Counted from the stretch's first letter, positions 27,037-39,329 are shown. The stretch: DNA of 64,000 nucleotides from Eledone cirrhosa (GCA_964016885.1 OZ024754.1:14756001-14820000), one strand, 5' to 3'. Numbers and translations: made by a program. Notes: a model not told the origin generated them from the letters alone.

Positions 27037-27172
27037 TTACGGCCCTTGCCATTCTGAGTTCAAATCCCGCCGAGGTTAACTTTGCCTTTAATCCTTACGG
27101 GGTCGATAAAATAAAGTACCAGTAATGCACTGGGGTAATTGCTGCCCTTGTGCCAAAAGTAGAAACAATTAT
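27037..27172 (+). mobile_element. 5'-truncated SINE family 1 inserted in a palindrome arm
   Basis: TSD attatttcat at about 27028 and 27168. Confidence 0.8.
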
Positions 27173-27276
27173 TTCATAATTCCCCACATATCAATGTCTT
27201 CATTTTCTAATGGAAAATGAAGACATTGATATGTGAGGAATTATGAAATAATAGAAAACTAACACACACACACACA

Positions 27277-27352
<76 letters not shown>

Positions 27353-27652
27353 TTCGCGCCCACTCATATACACCACAAAGATACATGCAAGGACATTACT
27401 GCAGATCTGTCTAGGAAAGAGTAGGAAATGGAGGTAAACACGTAGCAGAGAGATTGGGGGAAGGAAGAGACGAGAGAAATTAGTAAATTGTAAATGTAAT
27501 TAGAAGTGTTGGAATAATTGAAAATATCTATGACACGCAGAGACACACACATACACATATACACATACACGAATACACATACACACACACACGCACACAC
27601 AGACACAGACACACACACAGACACACACACCCACGCATATATATATATATAT

Positions 27653-27955
27653 ATACAATATGTTGAAAAGGTAACACACTAAAGAGAGATACAGTGCGCT
27701 ATCAATAAAACAGGGAAAAATCACCAGTGTATGGAATCGATAACCTATGAAAGGCAGAGTATAGACACGATAAGTTTATAGATTCCATACACTGGTGGGT
27801 TTTCCCTGTTTTATTGATAGCGCACTGTATCTCTCTTTAATGTGTTACCTTTTCAACATATTGTATTTTAAAGAGCTCAGGATTTCCTCTCCTTGGAGCA
27901 CATTATTTACAGGGAACGGCGAGAGTCTATGGCTCCGTTAATGTATCGTGATATA
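27653..27955 (+). mobile_element. Palindromic short element, family N
   Basis: Arms 27653-27738 and 27781-27866 plus an ~85-nt tail, next to (TA)n. No canonical HHR seen. Confidence 0.6.
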
Positions 27956-27959
27956 TTTT

Positions 27960-28185
27960 TAACATAAAAACAGGTAGAATTTCCAAAACTAATCAGATTA
28001 GAGCAAACATCACGGACGCTCTATCTCAAAATTATTTTTGAAAATCATTAGAAATGCGCAACCGGTAAAACTTAAAACCAAAACTGAATACTAACCAATA
28101 CTATTACTAATTCTCACTTATTCCTAATTAAACTATTTTTCACTGTGAACAATTTGTCAGCATTTTCTTTTCCGTTTACCAATAT
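27960..28185 (+). mobile_element. Family F element with variant HHR-like motif
   Basis: ttt TTGAAAA tcat tagaa atgc GCAA ccgg TA aaa. Second copy at 30945-31205. Confidence 0.6.
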
Positions 28186-28211
28186 ATATATATATATTTA
28201 TATATATATAT

Positions 28212-28474
28212 CCCAAAAGTCAGCTCAAAAGTGACACAGAGGAGACTGAGGTTGGCTGGACATGCTCACCGACATCCGGAGTTGACATTGCACTCAGTGC
28301 TCCTTTGGGAGCCCCTACATGGACACACTAGAAGAGGAAGACCAAGGTTAACATATGTTGATGCCCTAAGGACAGACACTGGTCTGTTGGAGATGCAGGA
28401 TATGGCAGCGATAATGAGGGACAGAGACCGCTGGAGAGAACTCGTCCATGGATCTCGGGAATTTTACCCGCCTT

Positions 28475-28476
<2 letters not shown>
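28212..28476 (+). pseudogene. 3' end of an RTE/RTE-X-like LINE ORF
   Basis: RRLRLAGHAHRHPE...LLWEP..G..RRGRPRLTYVD.L..DTG...MRDRDRWR is a typical RTE C-terminus. Embedded in (TA)n. Confidence 0.8.
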
Positions 28477-28558
<82 letters not shown>

Positions 28559-28563
28559 TATAT

Positions 28564-28873
28564 CCAGGTGTGTGTAACGTGGAGTTACTGTAGGTTCACC
28601 CGGGTGAGCACTCGATGTTTAGATTCACTTCAGTGTCGAGGTGTAGAGCTAGACAGATTATATTATAGTAAAATAAAATAAAACAAGGACGAGTGGTTAC
28701 TCCGTCATTACGTTTATTGGTTGGTGACGCGCGTTTCGCCACTGATCAGCTCAAGGTTCGATCTGTTTCGATCTAGCTCCGAACCTTGAGCTGATCTGTG
28801 GCGAAACGCGCGTCACCAACCAATAAACGTAATGAAGGAGTAACAACTCGTCGTTTTTTTATTTTATTTTACT

Positions 28874-28876
<3 letters not shown>
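28564..28876. mobile_element. Palindromic element, family O, with HHR 3' half
   Basis: Arms about 28662-28760 and 28780-28876. gc GAAA CGCGCG TC acc (palindromic stem III, GUC). Tail motif ggtgagcactcgatg shared with 51500-51795. Confidence 0.7.
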
Positions 28877-28956
<80 letters not shown>

Positions 28957-28977
28957 TATGTATGTATGGATGTATGG

Positions 28978-29016
<39 letters not shown>

Positions 29017-29152
29017 CGTTATTAAGTCATGAGTACGTAGGTGAAACCCCAGAATATAAAGACTGACCGCTTAGCAATAATATAGTATATTTCTACTCAG
29101 CTTCGGTATTGAGTACTCATTCTCAAGTCTGCTAATACTATGTGGACATGTA

Positions 29153-29345
29153 TCTATATAATACTAAAAGTCTGTGATTGCTTGCTTTCTCGTCTGTAAT
29201 GTAATACAGCCAAAAGAGCGCATAAGGGGAAAATACTTTGAAAGGAGGATGCCCCTGAAATGGGAATACAAATGGAATAAAACAAGTTCGCGTAAATCGG
29301 AGCACGGGTTCCCGAGATATGGGGTTTTCTGGGTACCTTCATAAA
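29153..29345 (+). mobile_element. Possible Helitron/Helentron-type non-autonomous fragment
   Basis: Starts tctatataatactaaaagtctg and contains aaatcggagcacgggttcccgagatatg, resembling rolling-circle element motifs. Single copy here. Confidence 0.3.
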
Positions 29346-29781
29346 CACAGAGAGAGAGCGAGAGAGAGATAGTGGCTGTGAGAGAGGGAGAGGCATAGAG
29401 AGAGGGAGAGGAGACAGAGAAGGAGAATGAAAGAGAGAGAGCTGGTGGTGTTGTTGTATATATATATATATATATCAGGACATTGACCTGTCCGCCCCTG
29501 CCTTCTGTCTTTACACACGGCACTAGATAAAATTGGTTCCTTCCTCATTCACTCTCATCCGGGAACAGTTTTGTATGGCGCCAGTTTGTGATTTGAACTC
29601 GGGAATTTTATATTCTCCGAGCGAGAAGAACCCTCTGACGAGAGTCTCCTTCTCAATGGTGGTCCGCCTGGATTATCCATTTATTTTGGTATTTGAAACC
29701 GCGCGGTAAAGGTAAATATAGTAAGTACAGCGAACTTTTTAAAATTTATTTTAAAACTTTTTCTCTATTTGCTAAACCTTG

Positions 29782-29839
<58 letters not shown>

Positions 29840-29841
<2 letters not shown>

Positions 29842-30453
29842 TACGTTATTCCGGGTTAAATCGGAGGTAACCACAGTAAGTAAGGTACTCAATACATTGC
29901 AGAGTATAAAAGTTTTAATATAGATGAGATTCTACAGGACTAGAACAGTTTCATTCTTTAGAAATCATCAGGAATCTGGGTATCAAAAATAAGTATGGTA
30001 TTTATAGGTCTCTTCAAGTGGTAGGAGAGGGTAGGGAGTGGGATGGGTGTCGGTCATTGGTTGATAGAAAAGGGAATTCATTAAAAGCTAATTCTTCAAA
30101 GCTATAGTTTATTTTTAGGGTAACAAAGGCAGAAAGAATTCTATAAACAAGTTCAGGATGGGGTGCCACTCCTTATTTTTAAGTTTCTCTTAAGCTAACA
30201 GGTGTCTATAAGATCAGTGGGGGTCAGTCATGGTTGTTTATAGAATTCTTTCTGCTTTTGTTACCCTAAAAATAAACTGCTTTTAATGAATTCCCTTTTC
30301 TATCAACCAATGACCGACACCCATCCCACTCCCTACCCTCTCCTACCACTTGAAGAGACCTATAAATACCATACTTATTTTTTGATACCCAGATTCCTGA
30401 TGATTTCTAAAGAATGAAACAGTTCTAGTCCTGTAGAATCTCATCTAATTTAA

Positions 30454-30457
<4 letters not shown>
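29840..30457. mobile_element. Longest family B element, ~230-bp inverted arms, HHR on both strands
   Basis: Tail 29841-29910; arms about 29911-30152 and 30234-30457. Confidence 0.8.
30391..30441 (+). ncRNA. Complete type I hammerhead motif (family B)
   Basis: AGAUUC CUGAUGA U UUC uaaa GAA U GAAA CAG uucuaguc CUG UA GAAUCU. The mirror copy at 29927-29977 (-) has one stem III mismatch. Confidence 0.8.
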
Positions 30458-30494
<37 letters not shown>

Positions 30495-30584
30495 TATGTG
30501 TGTGTGTGTGAGTGTGTGTGTGTGTGTCTATGACCAGTGTATATAGATCACAGACACTCACATTTATAAGTACCCACACACACG

Positions 30585-30633
<49 letters not shown>

Positions 30634-30944
30634 ACAAACACACACATTTATATATATACATGCACACACACACATATATATATGACCATTATCACAACAA
30701 TGAACCTCTTTACTACACACACACACACACATATTTGTCTTAATAAACTTATTTTTCAGTGACTTCTCAATCAGGCGAAAAAGGACACTGTTCGACAAAC
30801 CTACATTTGGCGCAAAATCAATTTTTAACACGACTTTTCACGTGACTTCTACCGACCAATCAAAATTGTTTTGACTACAAGAATTTTTGCAACACGTGAC
30901 ATTCAACAACCAACCAAATCTTAATACCTCTGGAGCCACTTTTT

Positions 30945-31203
30945 TCATATAAAACAGGAAGAATTTCCAAAACTGATCAGATTAGAGCAAACATCACGGG
31001 CGCTCTATCTCAAAATTATTTTTGAAAAGCATTAGAAATGCGCAACCGGTAAAAACTTAAAACTAAAACTGAATATTAACCAATACTTATTACTAATTTA
31101 TACTTATTCCTAATTAAACTATTTTTCACTGGGAAAAATGTGTCAGCATTTTCTTTTCCTTTTACTAATATATCACAACTCGTGTGTTACACCTCTATTT
31201 TTT

Positions 31204-31205
<2 letters not shown>
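30945..31205 (+). mobile_element. Family F element with tail
   Basis: TTGAAAA gcat tagaa atgc GCAA ccgg TA at about 31022-31051. Tail gtgtgttacacctctatt matches 10048-10066 in reverse complement. Confidence 0.65.
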
Positions 31206-31253
<48 letters not shown>

Positions 31254-31399
31254 CATACATATATATATACACACATATATATATACATACATATATATAT
31301 ATATATACAGGAGGCCGGCCGTCGAAGAAACAACACCACGCGTTGGGTCGGGCCCCTGTATAACGTCGGGGAAATTTTCGGATTTTTTCGAATAAATAG

Positions 31400-31607
31400 G
31401 AACGATCGACTTTCGTCAAATCGGACCGAGGGTACAATGTTTCCGTTGGTCTTTCCAATTGCTAATATCGGTCGCAACTCTAGGTAGAAGGAGCAACGTG
31501 AAATAGAGTGTCTTACTCAAGGAAATGCCGCATCGCCTGGTCCAGGAATCGAACTCACAACCTTACGATTGCGAATCCAATTCTCTAACCACTTAGCCAC
31601 ACGCCTT
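31400..31607 (-). mobile_element. tRNA-headed SINE family 2 with CORE-like domain
   Basis: Sense gtggctaagtggttagag...gagttcgattcc...ccttgagtaagacact. Copies at 43755-43970 (-), 57484-57647 (+) and 63712-63928 (-). Confidence 0.8.
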
Positions 31608-31657
31608 TCTCGAATTGAAGGGTTTATTAGGAACTTTCAATGTTTATTTTAGGTTTT

Positions 31658-31718
31658 GCCGTCTGAAGAGCTCAGGCTATCTTAACTGATAGACCTCGGT
31701 GAAATATGTATAACAGAG
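31658..31718 (+). ncRNA. Hammerhead motif with extended stem II and weak stem I
   Basis: gt CTGAAGA gctcaggctatc ttaact gatagacctcggt GAAA tatgta TA ac. Confidence 0.5.
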
Positions 31719-31783
31719 CTTTGAATAAACCTGAATTAACTAAATATGGCCTCTGGTCTTTTATCAATATATATATGTGTGAT

Positions 31784-31975
31784 AGGCGGCGGATTGGCAG
31801 TATCGGCAGAAGGGTCTGACGCCATGCTTTGGAGTAAAGAGTTACGGCCCTTTATGGTCTGAGTTCAAATCCCGCTGAGGTAAAATTTGCCGTTCATCCT
31901 TATGGGGTTTATTAAATAAAGTACCAGTAATGTACTGGTTTAATTGCTGGCTTTGTGCCAAAAGTAGAAACAAAT
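31784..31975 (+). mobile_element. SINE family 1
   Basis: Full head, body and tail visible. Confidence 0.85.
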
Positions 31976-32543
31976 ATATATGTGTGCGTGTGCTTGTGTG
32001 TGTGTGTGTGTGTGTATGTATGTGTGTGTGAGCACGTTTGTGTTTGTGTGTGTCTTTGTGCGTGTGTGTCTGTGTGTGTGTGTGTTTGTGTGTGTGTATG
32101 TATGTGTGTGTGTGTGTATGTGTGTGTGTGAGCACGTTTGTGTGTTTGTGTGTGTCTTTGTGCGCGTGTGTCTGTGTGTGTGTGTGTATGTGTGTGTGTT
32201 TGTGTGTGTGTGTACATGAATATATTGTGATAATTTTTAATAATTTTCTTTTCTAGCCAATATTCCTTGAAATAAACTAATGACCCGGAAGTGTTTCCTG
32301 CCTAACATGATAAATAGCCTAAAATATAAAACCAATAAAATAAAAAAAATATAATAAACAATATAAAATAATAAACAAATAGAAAAGAAAGAAAAGGGGG
32401 TACATTTCTCTTGATCCCATTTCTTCGAAAAAGTAAATAAACTTCTTTACAACACGCACACATACATATACACACACGCACACACACACAAACACACAAA
32501 CACACACACACACATATATATATATATACATACATATACACAC

Positions 32544-32574
<31 letters not shown>

Positions 32575-32965
32575 GCCATGCACACGCTCATACACTGACA
32601 CACACCGCATGCTCGTATATATATATATATATACAAAAAGAAATTTCGCATGTATATATATACACACATATACATATATATATATATACATGTGAAATTT
32701 CTTTTTGTGAGACTGCTGGAATTTCAAATTTGGCGCTCATTCTAACACTGACGGGGACCATCGCTGAATATTAATGTCAGTATGGTTTTTTTATATTGAT
32801 ATTACTGGGCACCCACTGATGAGTTATAAGTGCCCACCTACATGTATACCTATGGACTATGTGCAGGCTTCTACATAACCTGGACATTATTTCCCCAACT
32901 TGTAGAAAACTTATAACGAAACGATCGTTTGGAAGGAGAGATGTATTTAATTATGTCTCATATAA

Positions 32966-33158
32966 AATAATTGTTTCTACTATTGGCACAAGGCCAGCAA
33001 TAAACCAGTGTATTACTGGTACTTTATTTTATCGACCCCGTAAGGATGAAAGGCAAAGTTAACCTCGGCGGAATTTGAACACAGAATAGCAAGGGCCGTA
33101 ACTCTATGCGTCAAAGCATGGTGTCCGACCCTCTACCGATACTGCCAATCCACCACCC
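32966..33158 (-). mobile_element. SINE family 1
   Basis: TSD-like ctcatataaaataat on both sides. Confidence 0.85.
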
Positions 33159-33329
33159 TGGATATATGCCTCATATAAAATAATACACCCGGCTACCTTC
33201 AAAATACAATATAGTTAGCACCCCAAACATATAATTAGGGTTATACTCAGGTATATCCTAATGTTTGTTGAGTGAGATGGATGTCGGTCGGAGTATTGCT
33301 TACAGCAGCTTTCTCTGTTAATGTATGAA

Positions 33330-33381
<52 letters not shown>

Positions 33382-33383
<2 letters not shown>

Positions 33384-34062
33384 TGATGAAGGACAAACTT
33401 TTTTCATATGTAACCCATTTGCAACTCCGCAGCGCCCTTATTATCATATTTACACATATTTTTTCCTCTGCTGCTACACCGTCTTTTTCGTTCTATGTAT
33501 CTTTACCCTTTCTAGCAGTCTCTCTCTCTGTTAGCCTCTTCCTCACCCTTCACTCACTCATTCTCTGTCACTACCTCTCCTCCTCGTCTTTCTCCCCGTT
33601 TGACCTGTGAGTAATTCTTTTCTCTCACATTCTCGGCCAAGCTGGTCGGAATTTTTTCTCTCTCGTCTACGATTTCACAGAACTTATGTTTACCGAATTC
33701 GCAGACCAGACCCCTTCTTCCTCCCGTTAGACCTGTGCGAAATTCCTTCCTTGCTCACATTTCAACCAGGTTTGATGGTCTTTATTCTCTCGTTCACGAT
33801 TTCACCGAACTTAAATTCATAGAAATCTGGGACTTGTCTCTTTCTTCCTCACTTTCTGTTGCTTCACCATTTTGTTTGTTTACCCTCGCGTCCCCTTTAT
33901 TTACGTGTCCCAACGACTTTTTTTAGCCGTTGCTCGCACCAACCGGAGGTATATGGTCTTTAAAGCGATGAAATGCCTATGATGGTTGGAAAACCACTGA
34001 TGAAGGACAAACTGTTTTCATATGTAACCCATTTGCAACTCCGCAGCGCCCTTATTATCATA
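33382..34062 (+). mobile_element. Family P element: ~615-bp unit bounded by a ~66-bp direct repeat, in (TA)n
   Basis: actgatgaaggacaaact...gcccttattatcata at 33382-33447 and 33996-34062. Pyrimidine-rich interior with no coding signal. Confidence 0.7.
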
Positions 34063-34700
34063 TATATATATATATACAAATATGAATTTAGCGAGAATCG
34101 CATTTCGGCGGGTAGGAATTAGCGAAACGCAACTTCCGAATTGTGTTGACAAGCGTTCAATGGATATGAAGATACCAGAGCTATAAACATAAGTTAATAT
34201 ATATACGTCTGTATACATACATACTTACATTTAAGTAACAGCCATACTAAGAGTGAGAAATGAAATTTCGTTTCATTCTATTCCAATATATATATATAAG
34301 TTAGTATATATATATATATATATATATACAAGTTAATATAAATTAATATATGATAAACACGTAAGTGTTTGCATTGTAAAAGACGAAGTTAGCTAGAATG
34401 AAATAAACTAATTCAAATAAATATAGTTTGCCTGTATCGATTTAAAATAATAAATCAATAGACACAAACTCATATTGGCAAATAGCCGTGGTACCTGGAC
34501 AAATTTAAATTTCAAAATTCAAACCTTTTCCGCAGATCAATCTGAACTTCAAAATCCAAACAAGTTTCGCAAACGATGTTTATCATATATTCGCAAACGT
34601 GTTTATCATATATTAATTTATATTAACTTGTATTTCACGGCTCAGAAATGCTTCTTTCTTTGAGCTAATTAATTGTAAATGACTGTTTGAGTTTAAACTC

Positions 34701-34763
<63 letters not shown>

Positions 34764-34794
34764 TGAGACAGTAAACAAAAAACAAAAAAACAAC

Positions 34795-34830
<36 letters not shown>

Positions 34831-34872
34831 ATGTACAAATGAAATCGTCTTTCTTGTTTATTATTATTATTA

Positions 34873-35170
34873 CGAGGTCGATAAAATAAAGTACCAGTAA
34901 TGCACTGGGGTAATTGCTGGCCTTGTTCCAAAAGTAGAAACAATTATTTTAATATCAGAGGGTGGTGGATTAGCAGTATCAGTAAAGCAGCGGACATCAT
35001 GCTTTGTGCCATATAGTTACATCCCTTTACGTTCTGAGTTCAAATACTGCCGAGGTTTGCTTTGCCTTTCATTCTTAAGGGATCGATAAAATAAAGTACC
35101 AGTGATGTACTGAGGTCGATTTATTCAACGTTCCCCTCCCCAAAATATGTGGCCTAAATCAGAAACCACT
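34873..35170 (+). mobile_element. SINE family 1, partial plus older full copy
   Basis: Conserved body and tail. Confidence 0.75.
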
Positions 35171-36187
35171 ATTTCAATATTACAGAATTGTTCGACTTAG
35201 ATTAAATTTTACATTTGTGTAGATATTTTTAAATGTACAATCAATCGTAAAGTATGAAAATTAAAGAAAGAAAATGAAAATGAAAAAGAAAAAGACGGAT
35301 AAGCAGCGAAAGAAAGGGAGAGTCACTACGCCCCAGTCAGGTTGATGCCTCAGCCACACCCTGCGACTAAACGGCAAAAGCGTTACCGCCAGAGACACCT
35401 GCTGCAACAGCCACCCTAAAATAATTTTTAAAAACATTTCTTAATTTTTATCCACCTTTCCCCGGGCAAAAGTGGGGTCATGACCCCCTCTTTAGGAAGG
35501 TTTGGCATACAGGAAGCTCCCCTGAGATAACTTCCCAAAGAACATCATCTACGTTGATCTCACATTCTTCCTCTTCTACATCAGACCATTAAAAGAAACA
35601 AATATATATTTCTCTAAGACCCATCCAGATGATTTGGTTGAGAAGTCAACACTTCATAGAACCAATATCTTCTTGATATTTCGGCAGTTAATGGACTAAA
35701 TAGCTTCGAAAGCACTTACCATTAGTTTTTCATATCAAATTACTTTTTCTTTGGCTCAAGAAAAGTGACATTTCTATGACCAGTAAACAAGTCATCTATT
35801 TTACTCTTCTGTACGTTGTGATTGTTGTTGTTTAACCGCAGGTCAGACTTGATATAGACAGACATATGATGACAGTAATCCCTACCGTGACCATCTTATC
35901 ATTTCCCTATGTTCAGGAAACCCCGCATCACATTATTTAACTTGTTTTCTCTAAGTTGCTAGAGTGACTTGAGGGAATTAAAAAATATATCTACCTTTTC
36001 CACATTTTATTGAAATATATTATAAAACATGAGAAAGAATGAATACTCAATGAATACTCAATGAATACTCAATGATACAATAGCGTGGGAGAACTGTCTC
36101 ACTTATTCGGGAGTAAATTATATTTACTACCGTATAATGGTTTGTAATTGAAATAGAAATAGAAACTTCACCATAGTATTTTGACTA

Positions 36188-36572
36188 AATAATTGTTTCT
36201 ACTTTAGGCACAAGGCCAGCAATTACCAGTGCATTACTGGCACTTTATTTTATCGACCCCGTAAGGATGAAAGGCAAAGTCAACCTCGGCGGGATTTGAA
36301 CTCAGATCGTAAAGGGCCGTAACTATGCTGGAAAGCATGGCGTCCGACCCTCTGCCAATCCACTGCCAATCTACCATTATTTTGACTAAATAATTGTTTC
36401 TACTTTTGGCACAGGGCCAGCAATTAGCCAGTACATTACTGGTACTTTATTTTATCGATCCCGTAAGGATGAAAGGCAAAGTCAACCTCGGCGGGATTTG
36501 AACTCAGATCGTAAAGGGACGTAACTATGCTGGAAAGCATGGCGTCCGACCCTCTACCGATACTGCCAATCC
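36188..36572 (-). mobile_element. Two SINE family 1 copies separated by a copy of the target site
   Basis: tattttgactaaataat at 36177, 36378 and 36574. Confidence 0.9.
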
Positions 36573-36626
36573 ATATTTTGACTAAATAATATAGTCTAAA
36601 TGATAAGACAGTAAGCATGAACATAC

Positions 36627-38342
36627 ATGTACACCAGGTCCGAACACAGAGGAGCCAAACTGCCACTGCCATCACCTTCATCTCTCTCACCCTCCCCACC
36701 TCTCATGTACACCAGGTCCGAACACAGAGGAGCCAAACTCCCACTGCCATCACCTTCATCTCTCTCACCCTCCCCATCTCTCATGTACACCAGGTCCGAA
36801 CACAGAGGAGCCAAACTCCCACTGCCATCACCTCCGTCTCTCTCACCCTCCCCACCTCTCATGTACACCAGGTCCGAACACAGAGGAGCCAAACTCCCAC
36901 TGCCATCACCTCCGTCTCTCTCACCCTCCCCACCTCTCATGTACACCAGGTCCCAACACAGAGGAGCCAAACTCCCACTGCCATCACCTCCGTCTCTCTC
37001 ACCCTCCCCACCTCTCATGTACACCAGGTCCGAACACAGAGGAGCCAAACTCCCACTGCCATCACCTCCGTCTCTCTCACCCTCCCCACCTCTCATGTAC
37101 ACCAGGTCTGAACACAGAGGAGCCAAACTCCCACTGCCATCACCTCCGTCTCTCTCACCCTCCCCAACTCTCATGTACACCAGGTCCCAACACAGAGGAG
37201 CCAAACTCCCACTGCCATCACCTCCGTCTCTCTCACCCTCCCCACCTCTCATGTACACCAGGTCTGAACACAGAGGAGCCAAACTCCAACTGCCATCACC
37301 TCCGTCTCTCTCACCCTCCCCACCTCTCATGTACACCAGGTCCGAACACAGAGGAGCCAAACTCCCACTGTCGTCACCTCTATCTCTCTCACCCTCCCCA
37401 TCTCTCATGTACACCAGGTCCCAACACAGAGGAGCCAAACTCCCACTGCCATCACCTCCGTCTCTCTCGCCCTCCCCATCTCTCATGTACACCAGGTCCG
37501 AACACAAAGGAGCCAAACTCCCACTGTCATCGCCTCCGTCTCTCTCGCCCTCCCCACCTCTCATGTACACCAGGTCCGAACACAGAGGAGCCAAACTGCC
37601 ACTGTCATCGCCTCCGTCTCTCTCGCCCTCCCCACCTCTCAGGTACACCAGGTCCGAACACAGAGGAGCCAAACTCCCACTGTCATCGCCTCCGTCTCTC
37701 TCGCCCTCCCCACTTCTCATGTACACCAGGTCCGAACACAGAGGAGCCAAACTCCCACTGTCATCGCCTCCGTCTCTCTCGCCCTCCCCACCTCTCATGT
37801 ACACCAGGTCCCAACACAGAGGAGCCAAACTCCCACTGTCATCGCCTCCGTCTCTCTCGCCCTCCCCACCTCTCATGTACACCAGGTCCGAACACAGAGG
37901 AGCCAAACTCCCACTGTCATCGCCTCCGTCTCTCTCGCCCTCCCCACCTCTCATGTACACCAGGTCCCAACACAGAGGAGCCAAACTCCCACTGTCATCG
38001 CCTCCGTCTCTCTCGCCCTCCCCACCTCTCTTGTACACCAGGTCCGAACACAGAGGAGCCAAACTCCCACTGTCATCGCCTCCGTCTCTCTCGCCCTCCC
38101 CACCTCTCATGTACACCAGGTCCGAACACAGAGGAGCCAAACTGCCACTGTCATCGCCTCCGTCTCTCTCGCCCTCCCCACCTCTCATGTACACCAGGTC
38201 CGAACACAGAGGAGCCAAACTCCCACTGTCATCGCCTCCGTCTCTCTCGCCCTCCCCATCTCTCATGTACACCAGGTCCGAACACAGAGGAGCCAAACTC
38301 CCACTGTCATCGCCTCCGTCTCTCTCGCCCTCACCACCTCTC
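36627..38342. repeat. 78-bp minisatellite, 22 units, derived from family K
   Basis: Unit atgtacaccaggtccgaacacagaggagccaaactcccactg(c/t)catc(a/g)cctccgtctctctc(a/g)ccctccccacctctc. Continues into unique family K sequence at 38343-38460. Confidence 0.95.
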
Positions 38343-38632
38343 ACTATTATGAGCAAATGGGGGTCCCACGTGCTGGCCGCCCCATGGCCCCAGTGGACAG
38401 AATGGAGAAGGTGTTTCCCCGGAGGATGGTAAGGGAGATACGCTGGAACAGTGATTACTCTCACATATCTTCCATTGTATTTGCTCTCTCCTAAATACCA
38501 CCTCTTTTCTCTCTATGTATCCGCCAGTGAAGGTCTCGTGCCCGATGTCCTCTCGTGAACAAACACACTCACACACGTACAGACATAAACACATACACAC
38601 ATACATACATGCATACATACATACACACATAC

Positions 38633-38663
<31 letters not shown>

Positions 38664-38727
38664 CATACATACATACATACATACATACACACACTCACAC
38701 ACGTGCATACATACATACATACATACA

Positions 38728-39090
38728 TGGTGGCTGCCAACTCGTTTTCGAGTACGGCCACTACTTTATATCCATGTAGGAGAACCCCTACCGATGCGCT
38801 GAACGAGTGTGACTTTTTAGCCCAGCCAGGGACTTGAAAACTCTGGCACAAACACTACACTTGTGACAATTATTGACATATAGTGCTGGGCCCATGGTAC
38901 CATGTGACGACAAGTGCAGAGAGATCTCCAGATATAAAGCAATGTCTGTGCCGTGAAGCTTTTATAGTGAGCAAAGGCACTGCACAAAGCCAGTCCCACT
39001 CTCTTAACCAAGATGATATTTACCAAAAAGAAGAACAAGTCAACATCATTGGATACCATCAGGGTTGCAGGTGCTATATCAGAGTTTTCA
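38728..39090 (-). mobile_element. Family L bipartite RTE element in (CATA)n
   Basis: Matches 5865-6223 in reverse complement. Confidence 0.7.
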
Positions 39091-39252
39091 TACATACATA
39101 CATACATACATACATACATACACTCACACACGTGCATACATACATATATACACACATATACATGCACACACACATACATACATAAACACATACACACATA
39201 CATACAGGCATACATACATACACACATACATACATACATACATACACACATA

Positions 39253-39306
<54 letters not shown>

Positions 39307-39329
39307 GATGATGATCCAGTATGTCGGCA

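Noticed and set aside
33979-34003. SECIS element or C/D-box snoRNA (ATGATGG...CTGA)
   Set aside because: The helix is too short for SECIS, there is no guide region, and the box C-like word is not conserved in the 53880 copy.
36596-38464. 622-aa and 601-aa ORFs as genes, or the array as a CRISPR
   Set aside because: Pure 78-bp tandem repeat without unique spacers. The open frames follow from unit length, and the unit derives from a dispersed repeat.
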